Shown here in pieces: positions 1 to 17,290 of a stretch of DNA of 64,000 bases. Location: the NCBI RefSeq assembly GCF_009914755.1, contig NC_060941.1. One strand, 5' to 3'. The position numbers and the translations under genes are program-made. The notes beneath the pieces are model-generated. The model was not told the origin of the DNA. It made no database searches and was given only the letters and a program-made list of their open reading frames with translations. Position 1 is the stretch's first letter. Each line of letters begins with the position of its first letter. This DNA is from the human T2T-CHM13v2.0 reference genome, Homo sapiens.

Positions 1-383
1 AGAGAAACCAAAACTATATTCTCATTGGTGACTTTTCCAGTTACATTTTAACTTTTCAACCTTTATGGAAGAACAGAAAGTATAAGGGGGGAAAAAAGAG
101 AGTTTTTATAAAATAAAAGGAAAGAAAATTTTAAATCAGAAATGATTCCAATTAAGAAAACCAGTTATCAAAATCATTTTTAAAAAGGAGTAACAGTGTG
201 TTGAAAGAATTCAGAGCAAAATCTTAGGGGTTAATTGGAGAAAGGAATGCATTAAATATATTTCAAGCAAAATTTCGATTAGCAAAATCAAGCAGCATTC
301 ATTTGAAGATTAATGCTTAAGGTGTTAGCATTTGAGCAACATTTGGTTAAACAAGTTTTTTGCTGAATGCTTCACGAGCTCAC

Positions 384-617
384 CACTCTCTTCAATTGAC
401 AGGTTTTGATCTGAAGTATTTTCTGCCTCTGCAGTGGTGGTACCACTTACACATCCATCTACAGCAACCCCGTTACTGGCCATTAAACTGGGATACTTCT
501 TACTGGAACCTGGGCCTAGGGCTTTGTGGCCAACTTCAGAAGCATTTAATTTAATTTGTTCCTGCCCAGATGTACTTATATCACAAGATACTAGGAACTT
601 CTCCTCCAAGGAAGGGC
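384..617 (-). CDS. SYNRG: SYNRG exon 7 (234 nt, [15 protein letters not shown]...NLSIEES), symmetric phase 1-1
   Basis: Acceptor tgtttag|GC, donor AGTG|gtgagc; overlaps ORF 325..609. Confidence 0.93.
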
Positions 618-700
618 CTAAACAAAGAGCATGAAGGATTATTTGTATATAACTGTATATGTCTAATCTTTTTAACCATCCATCTCCACCCCCATATTCT

Positions 701-1001
<301 letters not shown>

Positions 1002-1051
1002 CACCCCCATATTCTAAAGGGAGGCCCTGCCACGTATAATGTAAACATTGT

Positions 1052-1367
<316 letters not shown>

Positions 1368-2133
1368 TCACTGCACATTTGTATAGGACTTGAGAGACTT
1401 CAGAGATTTTAGAGAATGTAAACATAATTATCTACTGTGATTCTAAAGAATTCTATGAGACAGTAGGTGGAAGAGTGTAGTGGAAGGAGCACTACCTTTG
1501 AAATCTGACAACCTACATAAGATAACACTTCCACTAACTCCTAGGGAGGCCTCTGGCCAGTAACATCATCATCATCTCTTGGTCTGTTTCCATGTCCATC
1601 AAATGAGACAGTCTGGACTAAGTACATGTCTGCCAAGATCCCTCCCAGCACCCTGTCTCAAGCCAGGATGTGTAGCTGTCTCTATTCATTTTATAGATGA
1701 CAAAATCTAAGGCACACCAAGGACAAATTGACAGTAAATGGACAACCTGGGCTTCTGCCCCCAAGTGCCCTGTCACTGAAGCTGAAAGAGTACTTTCTAA
1801 AGAAGCCTTTCCTAGCTCCTTATTCTTAAGAAAATGATATCGGTGAATCTCCCAAACAACAATCTTCTGGAAAAATCAGAAGATTTCTTTTAAAGTTATA
1901 AGGCAGTTTAAAGTGCTCCTAGTTGAGGAGCAAAAGTTTTAAATCACCTTTCTGGAATGTCAAGACCCCAGAACTTAAAAATCTAGACACTTGTTTTGTT
2001 GAATTTCAACAGCAGTCATACATTTATGTGCATGTTTATTTGCCAACATCACTGGATTATTCTACTTATATAACAGAAATAAGTTATCCCAGGATATCTT
2101 AAGAATATTTTCATTAATAATGCTAAGAGTTAC

Positions 2134-2436
2134 CTGCTTCTGGTACACTGTGTGAGGCTGAAGCAGTAGAGAAGTAAGGAATTTGCCCAGGGACGCCATG
2201 TAAGGCAAAAGGCACTGGACTCTGACTTGGAGGGAGAGGCTGTGTCCCAGCCTTCTGTGTATGCAACTGGCCAAGTGGGGTGGAGGGGTGGAAAGACTGA
2301 AAGGGCTGGGACGTGGAAGAAGGCCCACATGGGGGAACTTCAACAGGCCCCTGCATAAAGTCACTGAATTCTTCTTCATCAAGAAAGGCAGGTGATGGGG
2401 AGACAGTTTTAGTAGAATGAGATGATGTGGGGCAAT
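2134..2436 (-). CDS. SYNRG: Candidate alternative SYNRG cassette exon (303 nt, 101 codons, DCPTSSHSTK...LDEEEFSDFMQGP...HSVPEA)
   Basis: Long pyrimidine tract then ttgcag|AT; donor GCAG|gtaact; stop-free, phase 1-1 like its flanks; non-repeat; lies inside ORF 2123..2572. Confidence 0.78.
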
Positions 2437-3477
2437 CTGCAAAATGGAAAATGGCAATGAAACACACAAAAATGGAAACCAACAGAGAAAAAGGAATTAA
2501 GATGTAGTACAATTCCAAAAGAATATATTGAAACATAAATAGTGGAGGTGAACAAGAAATAACAAGTAACAATAGTCAAATGGAATTGCATGATGCATGT
2601 AAAACACTTTGATGTCTATTTATACACAATTTTATGTCTTTTTAAAGGGGAGTTTTAATAGCTATTTTGTATTTGGTTCAAAAAAGGTAAAACTAAAAAT
2701 ACATGTATCTATTCATTTATTTTAGAGACAGGATCTTGCTCTGTCACCTAGGCTACAGTGCTGTGGCATGCTCATAGCTCATGATCATAGCAGCCTGAAA
2801 CTCGTGGGATCAAGCAATCCTTCAGCCTCAGCCTCCTGAGTAGCTAGGAATATAGGCACATGCCAGCATACCCAGCTAATTCTTCCTTTCTTTTTTTTTT
2901 TCATAGAGATGGTGTCTCACTATGTTGCCCAAGCTGGTCTCGAGCTCCTGGCCTTGACTGTCTTTCTTTTATTAGATTAATAATTTTTCCCCTGAGACCA
3001 TTAATGATTTACATCAAAGTGATGATTATTTTTGCAGTTGAAATGATCTGTTTATCTAGATAATATTATCTCAAACCAATATACATCAGATATAAGAAAA
3101 CCTACCAATATAGTGCTGAATACATTTTGGACAGATATATACCATGATGACTAAATTTCATTATTTATTAAGAAATTCAGTAAGAAATAATGCACAATAC
3201 AAAGCTGTAATTTTTGAAATATCATGCCCGATCCACACACTTGCATAGATCATATTTCAGTAAAGTTACCATATGAGAAATAAAAATTACAAAAGAACTT
3301 TTTTTTTTTTTTTGAGATGGAATCTTGCTGTGATGCCCAGGCTAGAGTGCAATGGCATGAGCTCAGCTCACTGAAACCTCTGCTTTGTTCCCCCGGTTCA
3401 AGAGATTTTTCTGCCTCAGCCTCTCAAGTAGCTGGGACTACAGGTATGCACCGCCATGCCCAGTTAATCTTTGTATT

Positions 3478-3772
<295 letters not shown>

Positions 3773-3856
3773 TGATCTACCTGCCTTGGCCTCCCAAAGT
3801 GCTGGGATTACAGGTGTGAGTCCCCACGCCCAGCCCAATTTTTGTATTTTTAGTAG

Positions 3857-3985
<129 letters not shown>

Positions 3986-4261
3986 TAAACACATTATTAA
4001 GGTGATATTTTCTTGTGAAAAGCATCAATATTAGGATATCATGAAGAGCTGAATCAAACAACTATAGTCAATTTAAGAAAGTAAACCCTGCCTGAAGACT
4101 ACAACTACCTTTAAAAGATCTTTGGCACTAAAGGATATAAATGTCACTGTGGCTTTTTATTGTTAAATGTAAAATTCACTTATGTAATAAACCTGCTCTA
4201 CTGGGGCTACATTTAACATGAAGCTCATTAACAATACTATTTTATTGTTGCTTCTTCACAT

Positions 4262-4297
4262 TTATTATTATTATTACTATTATTATTATTATTATTA
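4262..4297 (+). repeat. (TTA)n microsatellite derived from an Alu tail
   Basis: Read directly; one interruption. Confidence 0.85.
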
Positions 4298-4520
4298 TGA
4301 TACTGGGTCTCCCTCTGTCATCCAGGCTAGAGAACAGTGGCACAATCTCAGCTCACCGCAACCTCTGCCTCCCAGGTTCAAGTGATTCTCGTGCCTCAGC
4401 CTCGCAAGTAGCTGGGACTACAGGTGCCCATCACCACGCCCGGCTAATTTTTGTATTTTTAGTAGAGATGGGGTTTCACCATGTTGGCCAGGCTGGTCTC
4501 GAACTCCTGACTTCAGGTGA

Positions 4521-4944
<424 letters not shown>

Positions 4945-5574
4945 TAGTAGAGACAGGGTTTTGCCATGTTGGTCAGGCTGGTCTTGAACTCCCGACCTCA
5001 GGTGATCCACCCACCTCGGCCTCCCAAAGTGCTGGGATTATAGGCTTGAGCAACCGCACCTGGCCTCCCCACATTTTAAATTACTTTGAATTGCTTTAAT
5101 ATGACTAAAGTCTATTGTCACAATAAGCAGTCTTTTTTTTTGTCACTGACTTGAAGCTCAGGAGTAGTCTTTTTTTTAAGAAATGGCTCTTGTCTGAAAA
5201 ATGGAGACCCTGCATACTTCTTTCCTCTCTTTAGGATCAATGCAATAAAACCTGGATGCACTGAAAGTTCTAAGAAAGATGCAAAATATGCAAAATTATT
5301 GCCTTAATCAAGTTTGTTTAAAAAAGAAAAAGCCCTCCCACATTGTATTCCAAGTCTCCCAACAATTACCAAGGCTGGATTTAGGTTCTCAATTTGGGTT
5401 CCCAGCTACTTAAAATATTTTTTAAATGGACCCTATTTCCTTGGGATATACTGTAAAGACCAAACCAATGTTTCTTTGCATTTGGCTGGAATGTGTGACT
5501 TCTACATGGAATATATTTTGGCCCATACCAACTCTAGCAGCTAGGTATATGATTAAAAAGAAGTATAAAAGTTA

Positions 5575-5718
<144 letters not shown>

Positions 5719-5991
5719 CTAGGCGTGGTGGTGCGCATCTGTAGTCCCGGTTACTCACGAGGTTGAAGTGGTAGGATTGTCTGAGCCTGGGGGGTCATGG
5801 CTGCAGTGAACTGTGATCATGTCACCGCACTAGGGCAATAGAATGAGACCCTGTCTCAAAAAAAAAGTTATATGATCAATATAGTTTGTATATTCAGTAT
5901 TTTAAGATAAACAATCTATAAAGAGAAATTTAAAAGGTGCCTTTGGTGGTAGAATGGCTGGAAACTCTTTTTATAAATACTTTAGGACTAG

Positions 5992-6213
<222 letters not shown>

Positions 6214-6740
6214 TGAACTCCTGACTGCCTTTCTCTACTTTTCCTAACCTCCAGCCTAGGTCTAGTTTTAGTATTAACTTCTAATATATATTCCTAAATT
6301 ACTTCTTGACTAGCTTATTCACCTTATAATTTTCATTTTTAGATATGTTTTTCCTTTCTAATCTCAGCCTGATTGCTAATATCTGTTTTCTTTTCAATCT
6401 TGTATATTTTATTTTGGGGCATACTTTTGGAATGGGAATCTTAAGTGAAATTAACAGAACAGAGTCAAAGTTGTCCCGGAAAAATCAAGAACTGGTTACT
6501 ATGCCAGTGATTATTCCCTCTTGATATCACCCATGAAAGGTACTATAATACAAGGGTTCAAGATAAAATTTATCAATGCAACATTTTCCAGCAGAAGATA
6601 GTACTTTCTTGGCTGGCTAAATGATTTATGAAAACTGTTCACCTATTAGGTATGTTTTCTTGGAATCAGCTGATAAAATGTCAAAACGTTGAATTTGTTT
6701 TTTGTTGTTTTTTGAGATGGAGTCTTGCTCTGATGCCTAA

Positions 6741-6998
<258 letters not shown>

Positions 6999-7650
6999 TG
7001 AAATGTTGAATTTTTAAAAATAATGTGGTAACAATTATGCAAATACAAGACTCATTTCAACTGCTAAATGTTCAAAAGAACAACCAAACCCCAACCTCCA
7101 ATCCCTTTACCCTGCTCTAAAACAGGGACGTTTCTTTTTGCTTACCTGACAATAAATGATGATAAAAATTACAAAGAAATGCATTAGGGAAACTAACATT
7201 TCAAGAAGAGCATTATTATACTCATGATTTTCTTAAATGAGGCATTTTAAGAATTTGTAAGTTTAATCACATTAAGTAATGGAATCAGAGCTAGTTCATA
7301 AAAATTACTATAAAACAATGAGAATTAAATGGTAAACTCCTTTATTACATTTGCTCTGAGTGAATAGATTTTACTAATGTTAACATATTTATATACAGAA
7401 AACTTACAGGTGAAATTGTCATACTGATATTTAATTAGAAGACAAAGAGGTTTTTTCCTCCCAAGACAGTTGTTATCCAGACCAGAGCTCTTAAGCCACT
7501 GTATATTTGAGAACATCCAAATCTGTACTTAGCTTGAAGGAAGAGTTCTACATTGACTTTTCACACACACATATAATGGCGAGGTAAAGAAACAGGGACT
7601 ACATAAATCACCTTCCCAGAAAAGAAAAATATAATGCCTCTTAAAACTAC

Positions 7651-7762
7651 CTGGTTTCTTGGGGTGCGATGCTGGAGTAGGGTGCATTTTTGCATCTCTG
7701 GAAAACCCATCTAAATTTCCTTTTATGGCTTCCAAAGCATCATCTCTACTCTTCTCTCCTGT
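7651..7762 (-). CDS. SYNRG: SYNRG exon 6 (112 nt, TGEKSRDDALEAIKGNLDGFSRDAKMHPTPASHPKKP)
   Basis: Acceptor ctcttag|ACA, donor CCAG|gtagtt; overlaps ORF 7529..7735; ends phase 1. Confidence 0.93.
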
Positions 7763-8327
7763 CTAAGAGACAACAAATATATGCGTATTTCTTTACTTAT
7801 CCCTCACTGTATCCTAAACCCTCCCAAATTAAGAAAAGCACAGATATTCATCTATTTCCAATATTTTTACCACATACTTCTGATAATGAATTATCCAAGT
7901 CAGCAAGACATTGGTAAATGATTAAACAATGACACTCCACAGAAAATAAAAACATTACAAGGCCAATGTATAAATACTTTAGGATAGACCTGTTTGATAT
8001 TAAGTGTCCTGTGAAGGCTCTAAGAGAAATATGAAATATCACTGAATTCAGGATTACTGCTTCCCAAGAAAAAGATTATAAACATTGCCATGATACTAAA
8101 AAAGAGCTGAAAAGATAATGGCTGATAGCCTATTCTCATTGACAGCAGTGTATCTTTACAGAAAATGAAAAACCCTTCACATTAGTAATTAGGTAAACCA
8201 AAATGAGAAGAATCAATCACAGCCTCAGCTTGGGCTGGTGCCCCAGTGACGAAATCCACTCAATGAGTGGGAAGAGGCACATTCAGGGTGTGTATGTTCT
8301 GGGTGAAGAGAAGTATTGAAATACTAC

Positions 8328-8433
8328 CTTGGGTTTCACACTGCTCAAAAGTCTGAGCTTTTGCTTCTGCTCTTCAAACTGGCGTCTTTTTCTTTCTTCT
8401 TCTAAGAGTTTTTGCTGCTGTTCAAATCGTTTC
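8328..8433 (-). CDS. SYNRG: SYNRG exon 5 (106 nt, coiled-coil KRFEQQQKLLEEERKRRQFEEQKQKLRLLSSVKPK)
   Basis: Acceptor cttcag|G, donor AAG|gtagta; phase 2 to 0. Confidence 0.93.
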
Positions 8434-8779
8434 CTGAAGGAAAAATGATCTAATAAAGAACCAGCTCCCGGGATTATACACTGTGTTTTATATTCAGATT
8501 TCTAACAGTTTCAGCAATATCATGTTGCACTTCCAGAAGTGTAAATTTCATTGCTAAATATCTAGTTTTCTTACGACAATCCTGTTTCCTCACTATATTA
8601 ATTCCAAAATATTTGACATGAGTCTAAAGAATGATTTACCTAAATTATGTATATGAATTTATTTCTCATCTAATTTGCAAGAGGAGGAAACAAGCTTTTG
8701 CATATAAAAGTATTCTCGAAAAACAGGCAGACAAACATAAGAACACACTTTGCTCTGCATATTAAAAAAGAACCTGCTT

Positions 8780-8970
8780 GGGAAGGCAGTGTCATACAGC
8801 AGAAAGAGTAATGATTTGGGAATCAGGAAGCCTGCCTTTGGGTCCAGGCTTTGCTGGTAACTGTGTAACCTGGACTGACAAGTTGTTTCATTTTCCTGGA
8901 CTTCACTTTCACTAGATATAAAACAAGAGGGTTGAATTACAGGATCTCTAAGGTCCTTTTTGACTCTAAA
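8780..8970 (+). mobile_element. MIR SINE (similar copies near 1470-1640, 19405-19570, 23570-23670, 33545-33770, 37590-37800, 43110-43260, 45810-46030)
   Basis: MIR core motifs such as CAGATGAGGAAA(A/C)TGAGG and TGTGTGATCTTG..CAAGTTAC. Confidence 0.6.
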
Positions 8971-9162
8971 CTTATAATAATGGTAGTTTAAAGAGGCTTT
9001 TTTGTTTTTGTTTTTAAACAGGGTCTCACTCTGTTACCGAAGCTGGAGTACCGTGGCATGATCACGGCTGACTGCAGCCTCAACCTCGGGGCCCAGGTGA
9101 TCCTCCCACCTCAGCCTCCTGAGCAGCTGGGACTACAAGCATGAGCCACCAAGCCTGGCTAA

Positions 9163-9297
<135 letters not shown>

Positions 9298-9421
9298 TAA
9301 GAGTTTTAAAGACAACTTTTGACTGTTTTAGTTTCAAATCTGCACTAGAGATCATTAGACAATTCTTAAGATAGATGCTATAATGTATCTTTGTTATCCT
9401 TTAATTCTGGTGATCTCTTAC

Positions 9422-9552
9422 TGCTGCTCTTCGGCAAACTGCTTCTGCATGTCTGGAGTGTACTGTGGGCCTGGAGGACGCATGCCCAGGAAGGGTGCTT
9501 GTCCTAGGTAAGGCATTCCCGCTGCTGGCATTGGTCCCATTGGTATTCCTGC
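9422..9552 (-). CDS. SYNRG: SYNRG exon 4 (131 nt, AGIPMGPMPAAG...QFAEEQ)
   Basis: Acceptor ttctag|GCA, donor CA|gtaaga; phase 0 to 2. Confidence 0.93.
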
Positions 9553-10439
9553 CTAGAAGAAACAGACAAAGGCTTAAAAAACACAATTTATCCCTTTAAT
9601 TATCACACACAAAAATGTGACTTCCATAAATTCTATCTTAATACTCTTATTTGTAAAAAATAGAAATATATTGGATTAAAAGATGCAAAGATGCAAATAA
9701 ATAAAAGAAGCAAATATACAAAGAAATATATTATATTAAAAGATGCTAAAAATGGAAGGCTCCCCTTAATATCTAACCCCTCCATTCCCTTCACTGTCCC
9801 AGAGGTGACCACTGTTAATAGTCTGATTGGTGTGTTATGGAACTATATGCCCACAAGTTATATTCTTGTGAGCTCACTAATCCTCTTTGAGAAGAGGCAT
9901 TATATCTTATATATTTTCATATTTGCAATAATAGGTAAGAGCCTGGCATATGGTAAACATACCACAAATGAAATTAAATCTGATTTTCCAATATATATGA
10001 GAGGATAATGAATATTTTGATGTTATCAAAGGCCTAATAGTCAAACTTTTATAGAAAATGACACATATTCAATAAAAAATTACATAATATTATAAAGTTT
10101 GTTAAAGTGTCCAGAAATAAGAATAACACAATAGCTAATCACAAAATTTAATAATATTATGTTTTTAGAGACAGGGTCTCGTTGTGTCACCCAGGCTGGA
10201 GAGCAAAGGCGCAATCACAACTCACTGCAGCCTCCAACTCTTGGGCTCAAGAGATCCTCCCGCCTCAGCCCCAGAGTAGCTAGGGCTATAAGCGTGTGCC
10301 CTCGATGGCACCTGGCTCAAAATCTAATATTAAGAATGATGACAATGACAATAATTAAATGGCTAATTTTTAATGAGTGAAAACTCTTCTACTACTCAAC
10401 CTTCTCCCTGAAAAGTTCCTCTTCTGTCCCTAACTAAAG

Positions 10440-11260
10440 TCTGTCCGTGAAACACTCTCATTTGGAGACTGCTACTTCTCTTCTATATTTCCTGTAAGTG
10501 GGGAATATTCCTCCTTGCTTCTTCTAAACCTTTTCTCTTCTCTCTACCTTCAAAAACCTGAATACATTTTAATTTCTCACTAACAGACTTCATCATCTAC
10601 TATCCGATCTTGTTCATGTCATCTACTGACCCTCAACTTCCTCACTCTTCAGTTGAACACTTCAGACATTGCTGTCTTCCATTCTACCCCCAAACTGCTC
10701 TTGGTAACGTCAACAATCACCCACATGGGTAACTCACCTAACACTGTGTGGTCTTCCAGGTCTTTAGCCTCCTCATCACAATCATGCCCAACATACAATT
10801 CCAGCTTCCCATTCCATGGTAATACCCATGATCTATCTGCACCAAAGACTGTGTCATGTCCAAAATCTGGATGTTAGGCATCCCGACACTTGACCACCAC
10901 CTCCTATCCTTCTAGCTCATCTAGATCAGTAATTCTCCTATCTCATTAATATCTCCCACCTGTTAATTTATTTTTTTTCCGTGAGCTTATTTTGTAGGTT
11001 CCACCTGTTAATTTTGCCACTTTTCTCATGATTAATCATCTTCATTATATCCTCACTTCCCTTCTTGCTCAACTTAGATTCTAGGGTTCCATATTAAATG
11101 CCCTTGTAAATATCCTTAATTCCCTTAATTGTCAATTCCTTAACATGGTCTCCTGGGAAACTTCACCCCTGATTAGAATCAACTAATCGACTTCTCTATG
11201 CTTATACAAAAACCACTGAACCATGCTGGAGAGAAAAACATTGAGGATTCACTTTAAATT
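10440..11260. mobile_element. L2 fragment
   Basis: Pyrimidine-rich L2-like ORF2 remnant (TGACCACCACCTCCTATCCTTC). Confidence 0.5.
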
Positions 11261-11475
11261 CTTTTTTTTTTTTTTTTTTTTTGAGACAGGATCTCACTCT
11301 GTCACCAAAGTTGGGATGCAGTAGGGCAATCTCAGCTCACTGCAACCTCCACCTCCCGGGCTAAAGTGATTCTCCCACCTCAGCCTCCCAAGTAGCTGAG
11401 ACTACAGGCATGTGCCACCACACCCAACTAATTTTTGTATTTTCAGTAGAGATGGGGTTTCACCAGGTTGGCTAG

Positions 11476-11691
<216 letters not shown>

Positions 11692-12129
11692 TAGTATTGA
11701 TCTCTTGCTGCTAAAAATTAGTATCACAGTCCTAGAATTATTCTTTTTTTTTTTTTTTACTCATTTCACCCAAAGTATATAAAATACAAAAGAAACTACC
11801 CAAATCATAGAGATTAAAAATAAGGCAAAGTATTCTACAAAAATAATAAAGAATGAAAGAAAGAAAGGTGTTATGCATATTGCCTTCTTATTTACAAACT
11901 CCTTTCTTGAGGAACATTCAAATTTACTAAATGGCATTTTGTGTTTCCCCTACACCTGGAAAGGAGGGACTGTCTAACTTTTAACAGACTTTTGAAACCT
12001 AAATAAACTAAAAGGTTAAGAGATACTAGTCTTTAATTATATACTGAATGGATGACATAACAAAAGAAAGAACTCAGAAATCTGAGATACATTTGATAAA
12101 CTACTGATGGCACTTAAGATTTCAATAAG

Positions 12130-14050
<1,921 letters not shown>

Positions 14051-14059
14051 GTAGGACAT

Positions 14060-15935
14060 GACTACCCATATTAAAAAATCCCATGGAATCCACAAAAAAA
14101 TTCCCAGAGCTAATAAAATGAGTTCAGTAAGGTTGAAGGATATAAAACAAACATAAACAATCAATTGTATTTCTATATACTAGCAATGAATATGTGAACA
14201 CTGACATTTAAAAAACGCCATTATAATTACTCAAAAAATCAAAATATTTAGATGTAAATCTAACCAAACATGGATGTGACTTTTATGCTGAAAACTATGT
14301 AAATGATAGTTTACACAGTCTTCTGATAGAAGAAACCAAAGATCTAAACAAATGAAAAGACATCTCATATTGATATGTTGGAAGACATCAATTCTCCCTA
14401 AATTCATACAGAGGTTTAACACAATGCCTATCAAAACTCCAGCAAGAGTTTTTCCAAAGATAGACAAGACTATCCCAAAATTAATATGGAAAGACAGAGG
14501 AACCAGAATAGTTAAATTTTGAAAAGAAGAAGAATGTAGGAGGAATCAACCTTATCGTATAGCTACCGTCATGAAGACTGTGTTATTGGTGAAGGAACAG
14601 GCATATACATAAAACAATAGAACAGAACAGAGAACCTAGAGAAAGATCCATACAAGCATGCCCAACTGATTTTTGACAAAAATGTGAAAGCATTTCAATG
14701 GAAGCAGAATAGCTTTTTCCACAAATGTTGCTGGGGCAATCACACTTGCATAGGTAAAAAGAGAGAGATAAAAAACAACCTCAATCTAAGTCTTAGATCT
14801 TACACAAAAATTAACTTAAAATGGATCACGGACTTAAATTAAAACTATAAAACTTTTAGAAAAAAATAGGAGAAAATCTTCAGAATCTAGGGCAAGGCAA
14901 TGAACTCTTAGAGTTATACCAATGCATGATCCATAATAGGAAAAACTGGTAAATTAAATTTCATCGAAATTGAACTTTTGCTCTGTAAAAGACCCCGTTA
15001 AGAGGGTGAAAAGACAAGCTAAAGACAAGAAGAAAATACTTGTAAACCACATATCTGACAAAGGACTAGTACCTAAAAGATATAAAGAACTCTCAAAATT
15101 CAATAGTAATACCAAAAAATGCAATTAGAAAATGGTCAGAAGCTATGAAAAGGCATTTCTCTGAAGAAAATGTAATGATGGTAAATAAACAAATGAAAAG
15201 ATGCTCAACACCATCTGCACATTAAAACCATGCAAATTAAAACCATGAGATATTACAACGTACCTGTGAGAATGGCTAAACAAAAAATAATGACACTAAA
15301 TGCAGGTAAGGATGCAGTATAATTGAACCTCTGATACATTGCTGGTGGGAATGTAAAATAGTACAGCTACTCTGGAAAAAAGTTTGGCAGCATCTTAAAA
15401 AACTGAAAATGCAATACCATGCAACCCAGTAATTGCACTCTTGGGCGTTTATCCCAAGAAATGAGGACATATGTTCACGCAAAAACCTTTATTTGTAATA
15501 GCCAAAAATTGTAAACAACTCTGATGTCCTTCAGTGAGCAAAAGGTTAAACAAACTGTCATACATCCACACCATGGACTATTACTCATCGATTATAAAAA
15601 AAATGAACTACTGATACATGCAACAATTTGGATGAATCTGAAGGGATTATTCTAAGCGACAAACGCCAAACCCAAAAGGTTAATGATTCAATTTATATAA
15701 CATTTTTGAAAACACAAAATTATAGAAATGGGGAACACACTAGTGAATGCAAAAGGAGTAAGGTGGGGCAGGAAGGAAGTGAATACAGCTACAAAAGGAC
15801 AATGTGAGGAGATCCTTGGGGAGATGGAAATGTTCTGTATCTCAGCTGTGCCAATGTCCATATGCTGGTTGTGTTACTATATTTCTACAAGTTTTACCAA
15901 TAGGGGAACTGGGCAAAGGATTTCTATTATTTCTT
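14060..15935 (+). mobile_element. L1MC-type LINE fragment (ORF2 3' part and 3'UTR)
   Basis: L1 ORF2 motifs (TCAATTGTATTTCTATATACTAGCAATGAA, CAACTGATTTTTGACAAA); decayed. Confidence 0.8.
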
Positions 15936-16066
15936 ACAATAACACAACAGTTTGCAACAGGTTTACACATGTCCATCATGTGCTCTAAACTTGCCTAGAT
16001 GTTTGAAATGCTTCAGAATAATAATTTTAAAATGTATTGTACATCATGAGGAGTGTTTTCTTTTTA

Positions 16067-16490
<424 letters not shown>

Positions 16491-16589
16491 CTAAAGGAAC
16501 AATGGGTTTGCTTCATGTATGTCCCTGATTGGTTAGGGCTATTGAGTTTCGGGGTGGGGGGAAATAAAATCTGGATGTTTTTCTCCTTA

Positions 16590-16947
<358 letters not shown>

Positions 16948-17160
16948 TTAAAGAAAAAGACTTTGGCTGCTTTGTCTTAGAATCATTAATACACAAGCTT
17001 CTGATATTCAGGGACATTATTAAGGTACTAACAACTCTCATAGTTTACTTTTTTCTTATTGTTCTGCATATTAGAGACTCTTACTGTTTTTGGTTGTTTC
17101 AAACTCTAAAAACATTTTTCAGATAATTGTGTAAGTCATAAAATAATGTTTATGAATATT

Positions 17161-17290
17161 ATTTTAATTATATTAATTACAATATTAATTATTTTAATTA
17201 TATTAATTACAATATTAATTATTTTAATTATATTAATTACAATAATATTAATTTTAATTATATTAATTACAATATTAATTATTTTAATTA
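17161..17290 (+). repeat. AT-rich minisatellite, 30-bp unit ATTTTAATTATATTAATTACAATATTAATT, about 4.3 copies
   Basis: Three exact units, one variant unit and one partial unit. Confidence 0.92.

Noticed and set aside
325-383. Read-through of SYNRG exon 7 (ELVKHSAKNLFNQMLLKC*) as an alternative C-terminus
   Set aside because: A good donor is present at 383 and I saw no canonical poly(A) signal downstream within the window
2587-2600. Two TGCATG (RBFOX) hexamers near the hidden exon
   Set aside because: They are on the plus strand; the SYNRG pre-mRNA reads CAUGCA
17161-17290. Regular repeats that could suggest a CRISPR-like array (also 58090-58166 and 61522-61607)
   Set aside because: No unique equal-length spacers, no cas genes and a eukaryotic intron context; these are tandem duplications
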